DNA of 32,000 nt from Candidatus Paracaedimonas acanthamoebae (GTDB lineage Bacteria > Pseudomonadota > Alphaproteobacteria > Caedimonadales > Caedimonadaceae): contig CP008936.1 in assembly GCA_000743035.1 (NCBI GenBank), positions 750,001 through 782,000 of the forward strand. The letters run 5' to 3'. Positions 9,059-17,400 of this stretch are shown here, piece after piece. A model generated the notes under the pieces. The model was not told the DNA's origin, searched no databases, and worked only from the letters and a program-made list of their open reading frames with translations. Within the stretch, counting starts at the first letter, position 1. Each line of letters begins with the position of its first letter. The position numbers and the translations under genes were made by a program.

Positions 9059-10303
9059 ATGCACAAAACTCAACGACATGTTTTTATTGATTATTTGAGA
9101 GGTTTTTTGGTTGCGCTTGTGGTTTTAGATCATGCGTGCCATGCCTATACAGAACACTATTCTAAGTTTTGGTTTTTCCCGGATTTTGAGCACAGTATTA
9201 TCTTTGATATTTTTCATCTACATAATGACAGCTTTATGATGCCGTCGCTTTTCTTTTTAGCCGGGCTTTTTATCCTTCCTTCTTTGAAACGAAGAGGTTA
9301 TTTAAGCTTTGCAAAAGAAAGATTTTTGCGCCTTGTAATTCCTTATATTGTAGGACTTCCGCTCATTAGTCCCCTTCTCTCTTATCCTCGTTATGTTCTG
9401 AATGAAAATCCCAGCATTGGCTATTGGCAGTATGTTACAGAAGTATGGGTTCATCGTTTACAAGCTGGGCCATTTTGGTTTTTATATTACTTAGTTCTCT
9501 TAAGTACGATTACGGTTGTTTTATATGCGGTAGTTCCTAAGATCTTTACTTTTCTTGGGAAATTTGCTGAATGGCTTATTGCAAAACCGCTGCGTGGCTT
9601 TGCTGTTTTTTGTTTTATTAGTTCTCTTATTTTAAGCATTAGTGACCTCATTTGGGGAGCTCCTTGGTGGATTGGTTGGTGGGCAGACTATAAATTTTTT
9701 TATGTTCGTGGTTCTCGTTTTATTCTTAAGGCTTTCTATTTCTTTCTTGGGGCTGGTTTTTCGCAAATTGTCATTCTTGACAATGAAGCTTTCTGGGAAC
9801 AACTTAGCAATAATTGGCAAAAGTGGGCTCTCTTTACACTTGGAGTTGCGGCTTGCTATATGGGCTATACGTTAGAGTTTTTTGATGAAGGCGTTTATAG
9901 TGATCATATTCGCTACTATATCGCAGAGCAAAGGGCCTATAATGCTGACTGGGCTGACGTGCTAGTCGGTTTTTGGCCGATTTTCTTTGAACATGCTCCT
10001 AAAGTTTTACTTCGAACAACGCTGCTGGGGATTTTTATTTGTTCTCAACTTGTTACCTATTCAGCCGTTTTTTATCGTTTTCTGAATAAAGGCAGTCTTC
10101 AATGGGCCTCATTGGCTGCTGCAGCTTATGGGATTTATATTATTCATGAACCCTTTGTCGTCTGGTCGCATTGGTTCTTTTATGGAGGGCAAGCTCCGCT
10201 TATTATCCGTTTTATTGTATCTGGATTCGGGGCACTTTTTATTTCATGGTTGATTGTAAACAAAGTTCTTCTGCGTCTTCCAGGTTTTAAACGTATTTTA
10301 TAG
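9059..10303 (+). CDS. Acyltransferase family 3-like integral membrane protein (paralog 1)
   Basis: 414 aa with about 10 hydrophobic segments. N-terminal FIDYLRGFLVALVVLDHACHAY resembles the acyltransferase_3 / OpgC-like signature. GGAGG SD precedes the ATG. Confidence 0.8.
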   Translation: MHKTQRHVFIDYLRGFLVALVVLDHACHAYTEHYSKFWFFPDFEHSIIFDIFHLHNDSFMMPSLFFLAGLFILPSLKRRGYLSFAKERFLRLVIPYIVGLPLISPLLSYPRYVLNENPSIGYWQYVTEVWVHRLQAGPFWFLYYLVLLSTITVVLYAVVPKIFTFLGKFAEWLIAKPLRGFAVFCFISSLILSISDLIWGAPWWIGWWADYKFFYVRGSRFILKAFYFFLGAGFSQIVILDNEAFWEQLSNNWQKWALFTLGVAACYMGYTLEFFDEGVYSDHIRYYIAEQRAYNADWADVLVGFWPIFFEHAPKVLLRTTLLGIFICSQLVTYSAVFYRFLNKGSLQWASLAAAAYGIYIIHEPFVVWSHWFFYGGQAPLIIRFIVSGFGALFISWLIVNKVLLRLPGFKRIL

Positions 10304-10321
10304 CAAGAAGGGAAAAGCTTG

Positions 10322-11569
10322 ATGCAAGGACAGCGCTATATATTTATTGATTACCTGAGAGGGTTTATTTTTGCACTTATGGCAATCGATCATTCTTTGC
10401 ATGCATATGCGCAGAATTGGGGACAATTTTGGTTTATTCAAGATCACGATCGTAGTCTAATTTGGGATGCTTTCTACCTTTTTGATCAAAGCATTATCAT
10501 GCCAATGCTTTTCTTTATTACAGGGCTTTGGGTATTACCTTCTCTAAAAAAATATGGATTTCAAGCATATCTTCGTCGGCGCTTTGTAAAGTTAGGCATC
10601 CCTTTTATTATTTGTATTCCTTTAATTGTACCTTTAATGACGTATCCTCGCTATACCCTTACTGTAGATTCCGATATTAGTTATCTTGATTACTGGTTTA
10701 ATGTTTTCTTGAGCGGAAAAAAGCTTCAAGCAGGCCCTTTATGGGTTATGTATGGCATGTTTTTATACAGCATGATTTTAGTTGGCCTCAGTGCGCTTCC
10801 AGGCATCATGAATAAATGGAGTAACTTCGTTCGCTTGCTCGTTAACCGACCTCAGTTTGGTTTTATTTTTCTTTTTCTGCTAAGTGCTCTTATTTTAGGT
10901 ATGAGTGATCTTACTTGGGGGGCTCCTTGGTGGATTGGTTGGGGAGTTTTCTATCTTCCAGGCGCACGATTTTTGCTATATTTCTTATACTTTATGCTCG
11001 GAGCAGGCTTTAGTCAGGCGGGACTCTTAGAGGACCGTTTTTTTTGGAAGCGACTCTCTGATCGACTGCCATGGTGGGCGGGTATTATGGGGCTGTCTGC
11101 TTTAGCATATGTGGGATATTCTCTTATTTTTATGCATGATGGAGCTTATAGCGATGTGATTCGACATGCTTTTCATGAATTCTTTGCTCTTGGTAGTTCT
11201 TGGAGTGAAATGCCTGAATTTGTAAATCAACAAGGTTGGCAATTAATTGAGAGTCATGCGCCTCGTGTTTTAATTCGAACAACTTTGCATGGAACTTTAT
11301 GCCTTTTCCAGGTTCTAACTTTGTTGGCTTTTTCTTATCGCTATTTTAATAAAGAACACCCCGTGTGGAGTTCGCTTGCTCGGAGCTGCTATGGCATCTT
11401 TTTAACTCATGAAGCCATGGTTATTTGGCTTCAGTATTTTCTGATTGGCATTGAGCTTCCTCAGATTTTAAAAATCATCATTATTGCTGGCCTTGGTTTT
11501 GGAGGCTCCTGGCTCTTAACTGAGAAATGGTTGCTTAAAATCCCCGTTTTAAAGAAGGTTATTGGCTAA
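10322..11569 (+). CDS. Acyltransferase family 3-like integral membrane protein (paralog 2, tandem duplicate)
   Basis: Colinear with the previous protein. Shared blocks: FIDYLRGF, MP.LFF..GL...PSLK, QAGP.W, WGAPWWIGW, LGAGFSQ, AP.VL.RTTL.G. I prefer ATG 10322 over TTG 10319. Its stop overlaps the convergent MBL gene stop by 3 nt. Confidence 0.8.
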   Translation: MQGQRYIFIDYLRGFIFALMAIDHSLHAYAQNWGQFWFIQDHDRSLIWDAFYLFDQSIIMPMLFFITGLWVLPSLKKYGFQAYLRRRFVKLGIPFIICIPLIVPLMTYPRYTLTVDSDISYLDYWFNVFLSGKKLQAGPLWVMYGMFLYSMILVGLSALPGIMNKWSNFVRLLVNRPQFGFIFLFLLSALILGMSDLTWGAPWWIGWGVFYLPGARFLLYFLYFMLGAGFSQAGLLEDRFFWKRLSDRLPWWAGIMGLSALAYVGYSLIFMHDGAYSDVIRHAFHEFFALGSSWSEMPEFVNQQGWQLIESHAPRVLIRTTLHGTLCLFQVLTLLAFSYRYFNKEHPVWSSLARSCYGIFLTHEAMVIWLQYFLIGIELPQILKIIIIAGLGFGGSWLLTEKWLLKIPVLKKVIG

Positions 11570-12402
11570 GGTAGAGAGATTTTCATTCCTTGGCGTGCCA
11601 TAAAGCATGAAGCCCACACCTTTTGTGCTTTTTCTTCAATTTTTAATAAGATGTCATCCGTATGAATTGGATCATGATGGTATAGTGCGAGCCTTTTAGC
11701 ACCGGCCTTTTGAGCGAGCCTGAGACCTTCTTTCCAGGTTGAATGCCCCCATCCACTTTTTTGGGAAAATTGTTCTTCAGTATACATGGCGTCATAAATG
11801 ACGAGATCTGTATTCTGCATAAGCTTTATAACATTAGAATCATCATGACCTGGGACGTGTTCTGTATCACTGATATAAGCGATTGAAGGTCCTTCTGGAC
11901 AATGTAACTGGTATCCATATCCACCTCCAGGGTGATTGAGAGGGGCGATATTTAGACGATAATTTTGGAAAAATGTTAAGCTTTCGTTGCGTGGGCAATC
12001 AATATATTTAATATGAGCTGGGACCTGATCTAGCTTTACAGGAAAGAGAGGGTCATTAAAGACATAATTTTCTAAAAATTTTCTTAACCCGCCTTTTTCA
12101 TAACAATGAGCAGAAAAAAGTGTAAGTTGAAAATTCGGATTCCAAATAGGAGTAAAAAATGGAAGACCGATGATATGATCAAAGTGCATGTGCGAAAGAA
12201 TAAGAGTGGCTTGATTTACGCCTGTTTTTTCCATTTCTTCGCCTAAATCTCTAAGACCGGATCCTGCGTCAAAAATAAATATATTTTCCTTATGCGTGAC
12301 GCTTACACAACTTGTGTGCCCCCCAAAATAGTTGTGTAACGATGAACTAACAGGAATGGAACCCCGTACTCCCCAAAATTCTACACTTGCGCTCATATTC
12401 AT
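11566..12402 (-). CDS. MBL-fold metallo-hydrolase
   Basis: HxHxDH motif (SHMHFDHIIG) and further His/Asp ligand context (GWGHS, YHHDP). I prefer the start MNMSASVEFWGVRG at 12402. The longer ORF to 12480 would overlap the divergent regulator start. Confidence 0.85.
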   Translation of the reverse strand: MNMSASVEFWGVRGSIPVSSSLHNYFGGHTSCVSVTHKENIFIFDAGSGLRDLGEEMEKTGVNQATLILSHMHFDHIIGLPFFTPIWNPNFQLTLFSAHCYEKGGLRKFLENYVFNDPLFPVKLDQVPAHIKYIDCPRNESLTFFQNYRLNIAPLNHPGGGYGYQLHCPEGPSIAYISDTEHVPGHDDSNVIKLMQNTDLVIYDAMYTEEQFSQKSGWGHSTWKEGLRLAQKAGAKRLALYHHDPIHTDDILLKIEEKAQKVWASCFMARQGMKISLP

Positions 12403-12470
12403 ATTTTTTCTATTAAAGTTGTGTTTTATGCTACACTTTTTCATGAAAATAAAAAAGAAGGCACATAAGA

Positions 12471-12842
12471 ATGCATACAATATTGATGGTAGATGACGAA
12501 CCAGATCTTGATATCCTTATTCAACAAGGGTTCCGCAAGGAAATTAGAGAGGGAATTTATAATTTTATTTTTGCGCGGCACGGTGCTGCAGCTTTAGAAC
12601 TCATGGAGCAGAATCCAGATATTAAACTCGTTCTGACAGACCTTAATATGCCTGAGATGAATGGACTTGAGCTACTTGGTCGTCTTAAACGCCAATATGC
12701 AGATTTAAAAGTATTAATCTTATCAGCCTATGGGGATGAAGAAAGTCGGTCAGTTGCTCTTTCTTCTGGAGCCGTGGACTTTCTGACAAAACCTATTGTA
12801 TTTTCTGAGCTGCAGGCAAAGTTAAAGGCTCTGCTTTCATAG
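12471..12842 (+). CDS. Stand-alone CheY-like response regulator receiver protein
   Basis: 123 aa with acidic pocket MVDDEPD, phospho-acceptor context LVLTDLNMPEMNG, LSAYG and conserved Lys in FLTKP. There is no output domain. Confidence 0.9.
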   Translation: MHTILMVDDEPDLDILIQQGFRKEIREGIYNFIFARHGAAALELMEQNPDIKLVLTDLNMPEMNGLELLGRLKRQYADLKVLILSAYGDEESRSVALSSGAVDFLTKPIVFSELQAKLKALLS

Positions 12843-12909
12843 AAGGCGGGCAACCGTTAAATAGTGCTTGCAACTTGCTTAAAATATTCGTAATTTTGCA
12901 GCGAATAAA

Positions 12910-12985
<76 letters not shown>

Positions 12986-13099
12986 TATTTAACTTTGTTT
13001 TTATGAGATTTTTCCTCCATAATATTTATCTTCTGCAAAAATAAAAAAAATGGTTTGTATATGGTTTTATGTGAAGAAGACTTTCCTCTTCTTACAGAA

Positions 13100-13579
13100 T
13101 TATGTTTTTGACGTTCCTATAAATAGGATCACAGAACAAAAGAAAACAAGTAGAGCGGCTACAATAACCAAAGCTGTCTTACTCGTACCACTCTTTTCAA
13201 CCCCTTTAGAGATTTTTCTAGAAGCATGTTTTAAGTAAAGATAATCAGCATACCTCATTACAAAAACTATAAACAAAAGAGGAATACCTATTTCTAACAT
13301 ATTCTCCCAAACACCTAAAGAAAAGTGCCTAACTACCCAATTTGTCAGTTTTCCAGAATAAAGCGAAAACATTCCTACCCCAAGTCCATCCCAATACATA
13401 CGCCGATAAAAGAACCAAATAGGCCAAAATGTTGCCCAATTCCAGTTCCCCTTTTTGCCCGTTTGCTGATATTGATCAAAATAGTCTAAATAATGTTGAG
13501 TTGAAGACGATAATTTATCATCGGTGTCTTTATTTGTTTTAATAAAGTTTAAAAATTGCTCTCTGGTAATATTGATCAT
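13100..13579 (-). CDS. DUF2628-like small membrane protein
   Basis: 159 aa. NWNWATFWPIWFFYRRMYWDG followed by hydrophobic helices matches my memory of the DUF2628 pattern. Confidence 0.65.
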   Translation of the reverse strand: MINITREQFLNFIKTNKDTDDKLSSSTQHYLDYFDQYQQTGKKGNWNWATFWPIWFFYRRMYWDGLGVGMFSLYSGKLTNWVVRHFSLGVWENMLEIGIPLLFIVFVMRYADYLYLKHASRKISKGVEKSGTSKTALVIVAALLVFFCSVILFIGTSKT

Positions 13580-13748
13580 AAAACATACCTTTTTTAAGCG
13601 TCTAAGAAAAAAATAAGTAAATCATCTTTACCCTGTACACCGGCTGAAAGCGAGTCTTAATCCTTCCCCAATTTCTGCAGGTGGGGCATTAGCAGGGATC
13701 TTGACATAAGAACCCGGTCTAATCCCTCATCCTACCTTGCCTTTAGCT

Positions 13749-14043
13749 TCACTTAAGTACTGTATCAGGGGTTTCTTTGCATTTCTTGGCTAATCGGGTA
13801 ACCTCATCAATATGTGCTGGATCTTCAGGATCTGTTACTTCCTTACGCACCTGCAACAATTCTTCAATGATTGCATCCATATCACTGGTATCAAATACTG
13901 AATAATCATGAAGTTCCACTTCTCCTAAATAAGGAAACTCTGGGTTCTTATATCCTTTCACAAGGTAAGATCCATTGTTCTCTCGTGTGGTTCTTTCAAT
14001 CAACTTATCATCCTTAGACTCTAAAATTAATATGGATATTCAT
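13749..14043 (-). pseudogene. Orphan immunity-gene copy (paralog of 14153-14458) with a 1-nt frameshift near its 5' end
   Basis: Its protein aligns with the functional copy: NNGSYLVKGYKNPEFPYLGEVELHDYSVF...MDAIIEELLQVRKEVTDPEDPAHIDEV.RLAKKCKE. The ATG at 14043-14041 corresponds to the paralog's start but is out of frame. The orphan has an A4 run at 14023-14026 where the functional copy has A3. Confidence 0.6.
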
Positions 14044-14124
14044 TTATCCCACCTTATATTTAAATGGCCCAGGATAGGCATTAATTAGATTTTCTTCCTT
14101 ATCCGTGAGGATGTAATAGGGTGA
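14044..14124 (-). pseudogene. Orphan remnant of the toxin C-terminal tip (last ~26 codons)
   Basis: The minus-strand translation SPYYILTDKEENLINAYPGPFKYKVG* aligns with the end of the 2233-aa toxin (SIITILTDAEGNLVNVFPGPLKYMVK*). It is bounded upstream by an in-frame stop and has no start codon. Confidence 0.6.
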
Positions 14125-14152
14125 CTAGCATACTTACTTTTTCTAGAATTTT

Positions 14153-14458
14153 TCATACCCCAGAGAAAACAAGTGCCGTCTCAGGCATCTCTTTGCATTT
14201 CTTCGCTAATCGAATGATATCATCAATATGAGTTTGGTCCCCAGGATCTGCAACTTCCTTACGCACACGCAATAATTCTTCAATGATGGCATCCATATCC
14301 TTATCAAAAAAAACTGAGTAATCATCTATTTCGACTTCCCCTAAATAAGGAAAAACAGGATTGTTCTCTCCTTTCACAAGATAAGAAGTATTGTTCTCTT
14401 TTGTAATGCTTTCTATTAATCTACGATCTTTATTTACTAAAGCAATATCGATATACAT
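14153..14458 (-). CDS. Putative cognate immunity protein of the CdiA-like toxin
   Basis: 101-aa acidic ORF whose ATG lies 1 nt after the toxin stop (TGA-a-ATG). This is the position of cdiI genes. A paralog sits directly downstream. Confidence 0.65.
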   Translation of the reverse strand: MYIDIALVNKDRRLIESITKENNTSYLVKGENNPVFPYLGEVEIDDYSVFFDKDMDAIIEELLRVRKEVADPGDQTHIDDIIRLAKKCKEMPETALVFSGV

Positions 14459-14459
14459 T

Positions 14460-17400
14460 TCATTTCACCATATATTTTAATGGGCCTGGAAAAACATTAA
14501 CTAAGTTTCCTTCTGCATCTGTTAATATTGTAATAATAGAAGTTGTATTGCTTCCATGTTGTGATGGTAATTTACCAATAATTGTACCAACGTCTACTTC
14601 TCGAACATACCTTCCACTTTCAACTATTTTAGTAATAGGCGTTTCAATAGTTTTTTTATCACTTAAAATAGATCTTACTTCTTCTTTAGGAATTGTAAAC
14701 TGAGACTTATTTGTTTTATCGAGGTTCATATGTTTACGCCATACTTTATCAATACCAGGCTTAGTCTCTCCTTCTACGCGCTTATTGGGTTTACCTGTTC
14801 CCTCTATAATATTAATTCTTGATTGAGCGCGAGGGGGCGCATAAATATCTAAATCATTCCCAGGAACGCTAGCTTTAGTAATGCCAGGAGCCTCTCTTCT
14901 TGTCAGCTTCTGCATCCCTTTTGACCAAGTTTCTGAGAGGAGCCCATCAGCGGTGAGGTAAAGTTCTTTGGCTTTTGTAAATCCTTTGCTTAAGGGGGCA
15001 AACACCTTAGCTATCACTTGTGCAAAGGCAGGGTTTTGGGCAATATAAGCTTGCCATACCATCTCAGCCATAGGACCAGAAAGCTTTGCAACTTTATAGA
15101 CAACTTTACCAGCCCCAAGGGTTACTATCGTTATAGCCCCATCAACAGCTACTTTCTGAAGTGCTGCTGCAGGGCCTTCTCTCTGCGCAGTTTTAATCAC
15201 ATCATAAACTTCATAGGCGGCAAGCCCTATCCCAACCGCCAGCATGATAGCATTATTTTCAACTGCATTTGTACTTGTATGTGCCCCAATACTTGGATCT
15301 TGCCCCAAAAGCGCTGCGACGGTGGCACCACTGAGCTTCGCGAAGGCAAGTTCCTTGGAAAGAGCATCATAAAGCTCAAGCTGGAACTTCCCATCCTTTA
15401 AAGACTGTCCTTCTTTTTCCGCCTTGGCCAGAATATCGAGCGCTTTATTTTTTGCTATACCTCGGCATTCCTCCATCACCACTTCAGAGACAATGCTTCC
15501 AATTGCTCCAGACATAAGGCCTCTTGCGGATGAGTCTAAAAACCATCCTGAAAGAGCGCCAACACTTCCATGTAAGGCTTTATGTTCAAAGTAACCCATT
15601 GGTTTGCTTGGATCGGCATATATGCGGCCTATATGATAGGATGCATACGATGCAAGCGTATCAACCCCTAAGTTCTTAACTCCATTCTTAACAGCTTCTT
15701 CCACAGAGATACGCCCTATCAGGCATTGAAGCGGCGTCTCAACAACTGTTTTTAAAGCATTCGCTTGTAAGAAATCCATAAACTTGACTTGCTTTTGCGG
15801 ATCTGTAAGCGCTGTTAAACCTGGGTGCAGATCAATCTTCAAAGCCTCGCTTATATTTTGACAAAGACCTGCACTGGTCATGGTAACAGCGAGAGAGCGC
15901 ATGCTTGCAGGAGAGATAAGCTCTTTACCTGCTTGAATGGGATTTCCTGTTCTTAAGACAGAACAAGTAAGTTGACTACAAATGGTCGAGAATCCCGCAT
16001 TGGCCACAGCCATCCCGGTAGATGAAAGTGTCACAGCAGGCACCATCACTGCTGCGCCTGCCGCTGTTGCAGCTGGCACTACGCCACAGAGAGATTCACC
16101 TAGAGAATTAATTAAAGAAGCCCCCCACCCTTGCGTTGCCAGGGTTACGCCTAATGCGACAACGACAAGGGCTTCATTTGGAATCAGCTGTTTATGATGC
16201 GCCCAACTTTTTTGCCAACTCTTCAGGTGATAGGTTGTCTCAGCAAACTTCCCAATGATTTGCGTGCGATCTTTATTCCAATCAACGGATTGAAGCTTGA
16301 TTTCTCCTTCATCAACTTGACGAATGATCTGATTAACAAGCAATCGACAAGGTTGCATGACTTCATAGCCGCCTTTACATCCCACATCACTTTTTAAAAA
16401 GGGACTCTTGGTGATGATTTGATGGAAATACTCAAGCCAACTTATCGAAGGCGCAAATGTGGCTCCTTCTTTCGTGTTGTCATAAATAATATCCGCAATA
16501 AAGTCGGTACCTCTGTAAATGGCGCTTTCTGTGTTCGTATGAATGGCCGGGGCACTGAGAGTAGTGGGAGCAAAATTTGCGCTTTGTCTAACACTGTGGC
16601 TATGCGAAGAAGAAAATAGACCATCCGTTTCGCTCTCTGTTTTGGTTGTGTTAATACCAACTGCTGCATGGGTTTCAAGGTCTTTTCCTTGGAAGATGAT
16701 TGCCACAATAGACTTGAGGAGAGAACCGGTAATGGTTGTCTTGGCTGTGTCGCCAGATAAGATCGTGACCTCTTCTTTCTCTGAGACAAGTTCAGAAGGA
16801 TGCGAAATTGTGGTTTCTTGGATGGTATGCGTCGTCGTATCCCCTTTGAAGAACCCGCCCTTTTTTGTATGGTAAGAGTGCTCAGTCCGCTTTAGCTGAG
16901 CTGCTTCAATATCTGAATTTCCCTCAAGTGAGCCCGCAATAAGCCGCAGTAAAGAACGCAGCTTTGTAGCTGTCATTTGGAAGCCTTTCTTGCCAAGAGC
17001 GATAACCTCCCCTTCTTCGCTCTCTAAACTTGTAGGAGAATCGAGAGATTCTTGTGTCCCTTTGCCATGAAAATGCGTACTGATGGTCGAAAGGAATGAA
17101 AGATGATCTTCAGAGAAAAAGTGCATCCATTTCTTTATCTTAATGGTCGTATCTTTAACAGTAAGAGGACCTTGGTTGTAAACATCCATTGTGTCGGCAC
17201 TCATTCCTTGAACGGAGTTCATGTCTTCTTGAGCAACAAATAAACTTAAAATCTGATGGATCTTATCACCTACCTGGCTTAAGCCAGGGAGAATCATTGA
17301 ATGCCTTGCCTTCTGGACGTCTTCGAGCGTTACAATCGCTTTTTTCTCATCCTGGCCAAAGCTGATTCCGTTTTGGATGAGACTTTGAAAGAGGGTGTCT

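Larger units (their letters stand above)
13749..14540. repeat. Tandem duplication of the module [toxin 3' tip + immunity gene]
   Basis: Unit A (14153 to ~14540) and unit B (13749-14124) align at nucleotide level with high identity by eye. One example is the shared run ...TCTTTGCATTTCTT.GCTAATCG...TCATCAATATG...CAGGATCTG..ACTTCCTTACGCAC. Confidence 0.7.

Noticed and set aside
12403-12480. N-terminal extension of the MBL hydrolase ORF (MYAFLCAFFFIFMKKCSIKHNFNRKN)
   Set aside because: It would overlap the divergent response-regulator start. Family similarity begins at MNMSASVEFWGVRG, so the shorter start at 12402 is preferred.
13580-13748. Relatively GC-rich non-coding patch with a 33-codon frame (GIRPGSYVKIPANAPPAEIGEGLRLAFSRCTG*) just downstream of the orphan immunity gene; possibly a further toxin remnant or structured RNA
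   Set aside because: There is only a vague resemblance to PGNDLDIYAPPRAQ in the toxin tail, no start codon and no convincing hairpin set or known RNA motif. The origin cannot be supported from sequence alone.
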